64,000 nucleotides of DNA from Beijerinckiaceae bacterium (GTDB lineage: Bacteria; Pseudomonadota; Alphaproteobacteria; Rhizobiales; Beijerinckiaceae), in assembly GCA_050249115.1 (NCBI GenBank), contig JBFWRC010000012.1, forward strand, positions 19,540 through 83,539, given 5' to 3'. The notes beneath the pieces are model-generated. The model saw only the letters and a list, made by a program, of their open reading frames with translations. It was not told where the DNA came from and did no database searches. Both the position numbers and the translations under genes were made by a program. Shown here piece by piece: positions 58,255 to 64,000 of this stretch (its first letter is position 1; every line of letters begins with the position of its first letter).

Positions 58255-58998
58255 ATGACAAAGATTCTCATCGCCACACCGAGTTACGATGGCACGGTCC
58301 GTAAGGAATACATGCAAACGATCATGCAGGTGAGCGACTATTGCCGACAGAATGGATTTGGGTGGGACATCGTCCTCGAAATGGCGACTGTCTTGCATAC
58401 TTTGCGAAGCGTGATGGCCAGCAAGGCTTTGGCGGACCCTGAATCGACACATATACTCTTCGTCGATGCAGACATGGCGTTTACTGTCGGAGCGTTTGCT
58501 AAGATGCTGAAGTCCGGCCACGACGTCGTCGGCTGCGCAAGTCCGTTGAGGACAATCCCGTTGCATCATGAAGTGCCCACGGCGGGCATTTCCTACCGGC
58601 AATCGTTAAGCGCGGCCGTCCCGTATGCCGTCAACATGCCATCTGGTCTCGAGAAACTCGAGGTTATCAATGGCATCTGCGAGGTTGGAACCATCGGAAC
58701 CGGGATATTGCTGATTTCGACTGCAGCACTGAAAACCATGCGCGATCGTGGCAAAATCGAGACGTACAAGACAAAATTCCCCTACGATCAGTATTACGGG
58801 GAGCCAAAATACTGGGCATTCTTCGAACATATTAAAGTCGATGGCGATATCCTTGGCGAGGACATTTCCTTTTGCTGGCGGTGGAAAAAGGATTGCGGTG
58901 GAAAAATTTACGCCGTTGTCGACGAAGAAATCGGGCACATTGGACCGATGCCTGTTCTGGGCCGCTATCTAGACAAGATCAAGACCGGAAAACTGTGA
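58255..58998 (+). CDS. Orphan glycosyltransferase-like (GT-A fold) protein
   Basis: KILIATPSYDG, THILFVDADM, GTGILLI, GEDISFCWRW and IGHIG. Confidence 0.65.
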   Translation: MTKILIATPSYDGTVRKEYMQTIMQVSDYCRQNGFGWDIVLEMATVLHTLRSVMASKALADPESTHILFVDADMAFTVGAFAKMLKSGHDVVGCASPLRTIPLHHEVPTAGISYRQSLSAAVPYAVNMPSGLEKLEVINGICEVGTIGTGILLISTAALKTMRDRGKIETYKTKFPYDQYYGEPKYWAFFEHIKVDGDILGEDISFCWRWKKDCGGKIYAVVDEEIGHIGPMPVLGRYLDKIKTGKL

Positions 58999-59017
58999 CC
59001 CGCAAAGGTGTATTGCC

Positions 59018-60595
59018 TCACACAGCCTTCTGGTAGTCCTTGACGTCGGTAAAGGAAATCTTCGGCCAGTTTTGCGCATCGTGATTGAGCGACCACGCCG
59101 ACGGCGCCAGAAAAACAGGTGCACCGTCGAGATCCGCGGCCATGGCGGAACGGAACTGCCTTTGAAACTTGTCTATTTCCGCCTTGTCCTCCGAGGAAAT
59201 CCAGCGCGCGACCTCGAACCGGCTGGGTTCGAAATCCACCGGCAGGGAATATTCCACCTGTAGCCGCTCCTTCAGCACATCGAGCTGCAGCGCGCCAACG
59301 ACGCCGACTATGGCGGGCGAGCCGTCGGCCGGCAGGAACAATTGCACCACGCCTTCTTCCGCCATCTGGGTCAGGGCGTCGCGCAGCTTTTTGGCCTTCA
59401 TGGCGTCCGTGAGACGCACGCGCCGCAGGATTTCCGGCGCAAAGCTTGGCACCCCCCGGAAAACGATGTCCTCGCCCTCGGTCAGCGTATCGCCAATGCG
59501 CAAAGTGCCGTGATTGGGAATGCCCACGACGTCTCCGGCATGGGCCTCGTCGGCAATCGCCCGTTCCTGCGCGAAGAAAAACTGCGGCGCATTCAGCGCC
59601 ATCGGCTTGCCGGTCCGGCTTAGTCTCGCCTTCATCCCCCGCTTCAGCGTGCCCGAACAGACCCGCATGAAAGCGATACGGTCGCGATGATTGGGGTCCA
59701 TGTTCGCCTGAATTTTGAAAACGAAACCGGTCATCTTGCCCTCGCGCGGGTCGACGGTGCGACCTGCCGCTTCCTGCGCACGGGGTGGCGGCGCAAACTC
59801 CGCCAGCGCGTCGATAAGGTCGCGCACGCCGAAGGTCCGCAGGGCCGAACCCCAGTAAACCGGGGTCAGATGCCCCTCCAGGAACGATTGCTTGTCGAAC
59901 GGCTTGAGCGCCTCCACTGCGAGCGACAATTCCTCCCGGAACATCTCGCGCTCATGTTCCGGCAAGAGCTCGGCGATGCGCGGATCGTCCGGCCCGTTCA
60001 CTTTGATGGGTTCCTCGTCTTTGTCGATCAGCCGGATCGTCGAATTGCGCATGTCGTAGGTGCCTGCGAAGGACCGCCCGCGCCCAATGGGCCACGTCAT
60101 CGGCGCAACGTCGAGCGCCAGCGTCTCCTCCACCTCGTCGAGCAGTTCGAACGGATCGCGGGTTTCGCGGTCGAGCTTGTTGACGAAGGTGAGGATCGGA
60201 ATGTCGCGCAGCCGGCACACCTCGAACAGCTTGCGCGTTCGCGCCTCAATGCCCTTGGCTGCGTCGATCACCATGACGGCGGAATCGACTGCGGTCAGCG
60301 TCCGGTATGTGTCTTCGGAAAAGTCCTCGTGGCCAGGCGTATCGAGCAGGTTGAAGACGTTTCCGCCGTATTCGAAGGTCATCACCGAGGTCACGACAGA
60401 AATGCCGCGCTGGCGCTCGATATTCATCCAGTCCGAGCGGGTCTGGCGGCGGTTGGCCTTCGCCCTCACCTCGCCGGCAAGCTGAATGGCGCCGCCGAAG
60501 AGCAGCAATTTTTCCGTCAAGGTCGTTTTGCCCGCGTCCGGATGCGAAATGATCGCAAAGGTGCGGCGGCGCGATACGGGATCGGTCTGGGACAT
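59018..60595 (-). CDS. prfC: Peptide chain release factor 3
   Basis: RRRTFAIISHPDAGKTTLTEKLL, DTPGHEDFSEDTYR and GVVGALQLDV. Confidence 0.98.
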   Translation of the reverse strand: MSQTDPVSRRRTFAIISHPDAGKTTLTEKLLLFGGAIQLAGEVRAKANRRQTRSDWMNIERQRGISVVTSVMTFEYGGNVFNLLDTPGHEDFSEDTYRTLTAVDSAVMVIDAAKGIEARTRKLFEVCRLRDIPILTFVNKLDRETRDPFELLDEVEETLALDVAPMTWPIGRGRSFAGTYDMRNSTIRLIDKDEEPIKVNGPDDPRIAELLPEHEREMFREELSLAVEALKPFDKQSFLEGHLTPVYWGSALRTFGVRDLIDALAEFAPPPRAQEAAGRTVDPREGKMTGFVFKIQANMDPNHRDRIAFMRVCSGTLKRGMKARLSRTGKPMALNAPQFFFAQERAIADEAHAGDVVGIPNHGTLRIGDTLTEGEDIVFRGVPSFAPEILRRVRLTDAMKAKKLRDALTQMAEEGVVQLFLPADGSPAIVGVVGALQLDVLKERLQVEYSLPVDFEPSRFEVARWISSEDKAEIDKFQRQFRSAMAADLDGAPVFLAPSAWSLNHDAQNWPKISFTDVKDYQKAV

Positions 60596-60745
60596 GAAGA
60601 AGGTTTCGGAACGGCGTGAAATCGGGGAATGACGGGCAGCGAGAGGCCGCGATGCGATGACGGGTGCTTAGCCTACCCTGCCCGGCAATGGCAATGCCGG
60701 GAAAGCTCAGGCTTCCGGTAACCAATTCGGCCCATCCTTGAGGAC

Positions 60746-60985
60746 ATGATTCGTTTTGCCTGCTTCCTGGCCGCCCTCGGCCTCGCTTCCGCAACCTCCG
60801 GCTGCGCCGTCGTAACCACGACCGCTGCGGTGGCGACAACCACAGTGAGCGTTGTCTCGACAACAGGTTCGCTGGCCGTCTCGGGCGCTTCCACGGCCGT
60901 TTCGCTCGGCGCCGGCGCGGTCAAGGCGGGCATCCGCTCGGCAACTCTGGACGACGCGAAAAAAGAACAGCCAAAACCTCGATAA
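60746..60985 (+). CDS. Small lipoprotein
   Basis: Lipobox ATSG-C followed by a Thr/Val/Ala-rich segment. GAGG RBS. Confidence 0.65.
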   Translation: MIRFACFLAALGLASATSGCAVVTTTAAVATTTVSVVSTTGSLAVSGASTAVSLGAGAVKAGIRSATLDDAKKEQPKPR

Positions 60986-61099
60986 GATCAAATCCGGCGC
61001 TCACATTACGAAATGATAATTTGCCGGCCCGTCCGGGGCGGGCCTATCCTCACGATCGCCGCGAACTGCCATGTTCCGGTTGTTTCAGAGGCTGTATTT

Positions 61100-62041
61100 A
61101 TGAAAAATCCAAGAATTCAAGCAACGCTTTTGCGTCTGCACCGCTGGATCACGGTCATTCTCGCGATCCCGCTGGCCACCCTTATCGTGACCGGGCTCGT
61201 CCTTTCGTTCGCCCCTATCGTCCAGACAACTTCGATCAAACCCGGCTCAATCACACTGACCGAACTGGAAAGTCATCTTGCCAGACACGATCCTCAGGGA
61301 ACGGCGCGCGGCATCCTGATGGATCACGCCGCCGGGACAATGACGATCCTCGGCGCGGAAGAGCGGAAGACCGTAGACATCAAATCCGGCGTGGAAACCG
61401 ACCGCAGGCACTGGTTCTCCGCCTGGAACCGCTGGGCGCGGCCACTGCATGAACATTTTGTCTACGATCTCGACTGGCTGGTCCCGCTGTCGACCGCCGC
61501 CATGCTGGTTTCGATGTTTTTTGGTGTCCTGATGGGCTGGCCGCGGATAATCAATACCGTCGGCGGCTGGCACAAGGCTGCCGGCTGGTTCCTGCTGCCG
61601 CTCCTTGTCTTGAGCCCGCTAACCGGCCTGTTCATCACCTACGGCGTAACGTTCACGCCTCCCGCGCAGCGCGCCGAGGCGCTGCCCGTGATCGAAGCAG
61701 TGCGCCTCGTGGCGCAGAAGCACGACCCTTCGACGCTCGTTTACGTGCGCCGCCGCGGGCCGCGCCAGATGGCGCTGGTCAACACCGGATCGGAGCAAAT
61801 CCAGTACCAGCCGACAAAAGACGGATTGAAGCCGTTACCGGCCAACCTGCCGCGCATTTTCCACCAGGGCGATTTCTTCGGCATCTGGGGCGGCGTGATG
61901 AACGTCATCCTATCGCTCGCTTTTGTTCTGCTGCTGACGACGGGCCTGTGGATCTGGCTAAAGCGGACCTTTTTCCGCAAGCGCCGGCGCGTGCGCCAGC
62001 CTGCCGGTCGGGGCGCCGGCGCCGCCCAGCCCGCGGAATGA
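61100..62041 (+). CDS. PepSY-associated TM helix domain protein
   Basis: LRLHRW, RPLHEH, GWHKAAG and RIFHQG His-bearing helices. Confidence 0.82.
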   Translation: MKNPRIQATLLRLHRWITVILAIPLATLIVTGLVLSFAPIVQTTSIKPGSITLTELESHLARHDPQGTARGILMDHAAGTMTILGAEERKTVDIKSGVETDRRHWFSAWNRWARPLHEHFVYDLDWLVPLSTAAMLVSMFFGVLMGWPRIINTVGGWHKAAGWFLLPLLVLSPLTGLFITYGVTFTPPAQRAEALPVIEAVRLVAQKHDPSTLVYVRRRGPRQMALVNTGSEQIQYQPTKDGLKPLPANLPRIFHQGDFFGIWGGVMNVILSLAFVLLLTTGLWIWLKRTFFRKRRRVRQPAGRGAGAAQPAE

Positions 62042-62125
62042 CCGCGGCAGGTTGATCCCGCGCCGAACTACAGCCACTCTGCTGGCATCGAAACATTTTC
62101 GCTTGCCCGCAGAGGACCCTCATCA

Positions 62126-63106
62126 ATGAGTGCGATTGCCGAAGGCCGGACGATCCTCGTGACCGGCGCGCACGGTCAGATCGGTTCCGAACTCGTCCCT
62201 GCACTGCAGGAGCGGTACGGGGCAGACCGCGTGATAGCATCCGATTTGCGCATGACGCCGCCGGGCGGAAGCCTCGCGGGCCGGCACATCCACCTCGACT
62301 GCACAGACCCGCAACAAATACTTGAGACGATACGCCGGAACGGCGTCGGCGCGATCTTCCATCTGGCCGCCATGCTCTCGGCTACCGCCGAAACGCGGCC
62401 GCAGACCGCCTGGCAACTCAACATGAACAGCCTCTACACGGTGCTGGAGGCCGCGCGCCAATACGATTGCAGCGTTTTTTTCCCGTCCAGCATCGGCGCC
62501 TTCGGCCCCTCGACGCCGCGCGTGGATACGCCGCAGGAAACAATCCAGCGGCCAAACACGATTTATGGCGTGACGAAAGCAGCCGGCGAATTGCTGTGCG
62601 ACTACTACGCCACGCGCTTCGGCCTCGACACGCGCGGCCTTCGCCTGCCCGGGCTCATTTCCCATGTCGCACCGCCCGGCGGCGGCACCACGGATTACGC
62701 AGTGGAAATTTTCCACCAGGCGATCCGCTACAGCCACTACACCTGCTTTCTACGGCCCGGCACGCGCCTCGACATGATGTACATGCCCGACGCCATCGCC
62801 GCCATGATCGCGCTGATGGAGGCCGATGCATCGCGCCTGCGCTATCGCAACGCCTATAACGTTTCCGCCATGAGCGTCGCGCCGGAGGACATCGCCGCAG
62901 CGATTCGCGGCCATGTGCCGGATTTCTTGATCGACTACGAGATCGATCCGGTGCGGCAGGCCATCGCCGATTCTTGGCCGCAGCGCATGGACACCAGCGC
63001 CGCCCGCGCAGACTGGAACTTTGCGCCCCGCTACGATCTTGCCGCGATGAGCGCAGACATGCTGGCGCGCGTACGCGCCCGCATCGAAAGTGCGCGGCAA
63101 GCCTAG
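62126..63106 (+). CDS. tdh: L-threonine 3-dehydrogenase, extended-SDR type
   Basis: TGAHGQIG, LAAMLSATAE, YGVTK, GGGTTDYAV and MMYMPD. Upstream of kbl. Confidence 0.85.
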   Translation: MSAIAEGRTILVTGAHGQIGSELVPALQERYGADRVIASDLRMTPPGGSLAGRHIHLDCTDPQQILETIRRNGVGAIFHLAAMLSATAETRPQTAWQLNMNSLYTVLEAARQYDCSVFFPSSIGAFGPSTPRVDTPQETIQRPNTIYGVTKAAGELLCDYYATRFGLDTRGLRLPGLISHVAPPGGGTTDYAVEIFHQAIRYSHYTCFLRPGTRLDMMYMPDAIAAMIALMEADASRLRYRNAYNVSAMSVAPEDIAAAIRGHVPDFLIDYEIDPVRQAIADSWPQRMDTSAARADWNFAPRYDLAAMSADMLARVRARIESARQA

Positions 63107-63146
63107 AGCCACGCCGCCGAACCGCAAACGGACACGGAAGAAAGCC

Positions 63147-64000
63147 ATGCCGACCGAACGCCTGCTCCCGCTGTTGTCGCAAACCCTTGCGTCTCTGGAG
63201 AACGAAAATCGTTTGAAAGGCGCAGAGACAATCCTTGCGGGCGAAGTCGCGGCCGCCAACGGCAAGGGCCCGCGCTATCTCATCGAGGGTGAAGGCGCAA
63301 AGCACTTCCTGCGCATGAACTCCAACGGCTATCTTGGACTCGCCGGTCATGAAGTTCTGAAGCAGGCAGAAGACGCTGCCGTGGAGCGCTACGGCTCCGG
63401 CCCCGGCGCAGTGCGCTTCATCTCCGGCACCTGGTCGCCGCATGTGGCTCTGGAAAAGCGGCTGGCGCAGTTTCATGGCCGCGAAGACGCAATTCTCTTC
63501 AGTTCCGCCTACGCGACCGTTCTGGGCGTCCTGCCTGCCCTCGTGACCGACCGCACGGCAATTATCAGCGATGCGCTCAACCACAACTGCATCATCAACG
63601 CGATTGCCCTGTCGCGGCCAAAGCAAAAGCACATCTATCGCCATCTGGATTTTGCCGATCTCGAGACAAAACTCGATGCCGCATCGCAGGCCTGCGACCG
63701 CGCCATTATCGTCACCGACGGCGTCTTCAGCATGCGCGGCGACCACGCGTCGCTCGGGACCGTCATGGACATCGCCCGCAAGCACGATGCGAACTTTGCG
63801 GAAAATGTCGTCGTTGTCGCCGACGATTCGCACGGCGTCGGCGCTTTCGGCGCGACTGGCCGTGGCACGGAGGAAGCCGGCGGCGGCGCTCCGGTCGACG
63901 TTCTTGTCGGCACGCTGGGCAAGGCGTTCGGCGTCAATGGCGGTTACATGACCGGAGCGGCGGCTTTGGTGCGCTACGCCCGCGAAACGGCGGCGACATA
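63147..64000 (+). CDS. kbl: 2-amino-3-ketobutyrate CoA ligase / AONS family (runs off the window)
   Basis: Hand translation shows MNSNGYLGL, GAVRFISGT, SDALNHNCII, TDGVFSMRG, DDSHGVG and GTLGKAFG (PLP Lys). Confidence 0.88.
   Translation, partial: MPTERLLPLLSQTLASLENENRLKGAETILAGEVAAANGKGPRYLIEGEGAKHFLRMNSNGYLGLAGHEVLKQAEDAAVERYGSGPGAVRFISGTWSPHVALEKRLAQFHGREDAILFSSAYATVLGVLPALVTDRTAIISDALNHNCIINAIALSRPKQKHIYRHLDFADLETKLDAASQACDRAIIVTDGVFSMRGDHASLGTVMDIARKHDANFAENVVVVADDSHGVGAFGATGRGTEEAGGGAPVDVLVGTLGKAFGVNGGYMTGAAALVRYARETAAT

Noticed and set aside
59018-60595. prfC as an SXT/R391-type ICE integration site for the adjacent islet
   Set aside because: Those ICEs integrate at the 5' end of prfC. 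The islet here abuts the 3' end and has no integrase or att duplication.

Overview
GC-rich chromosomal window from an alphaproteobacterium, most likely order Hyphomicrobiales (Rhizobiales), judged from gene content and synteny. It is mostly housekeeping: rplY-pth, ychF, a methylthioadenosine/adenine salvage cluster (mtnP-apt-mtnA-class II aldolase), msrP, an ndvA-like exporter, trxB with an LsrB/VtlR-type LysR gene, carB-greA, trmL-hemF, petABC, rlmJ, a wcaJ-like gene, prfC and tdh-kbl. Many solute-binding and transport genes are interspersed (three orphan TTT/Bug proteins, one TRAP system, one ABC system). I found no tRNA, rRNA, CRISPR array, integrase or transposase. The best signals missed by the ORF track are an AbcR/alpha-r15-like small RNA on the minus strand (about 12400-12522), a 35-aa membrane micro-protein behind a perfect FNR/FixK box (1930-2110), two EcfG-type stress promoters, a candidate L25 leader hairpin, a probably leaderless vapBC operon and two Bru-RS-like repeats. 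The most interesting uncharacterised protein modules are a secreted two-gene operon with duplicated beta-rich domains (20845-22950), a DUF6600-like protein with four C-x8-C repeats and a cationic Arg-Pro tail (33203-34555), a YtkA/FixH-like plus di-haem CcP/MauG pair, and an AT-richer islet with a pseudo-receiver HWE kinase and an orphan glycosyltransferase-like gene. All family calls come from motif recognition by eye. No database searches were run. Several start codons were moved from the ORF track using RBS position and homology.
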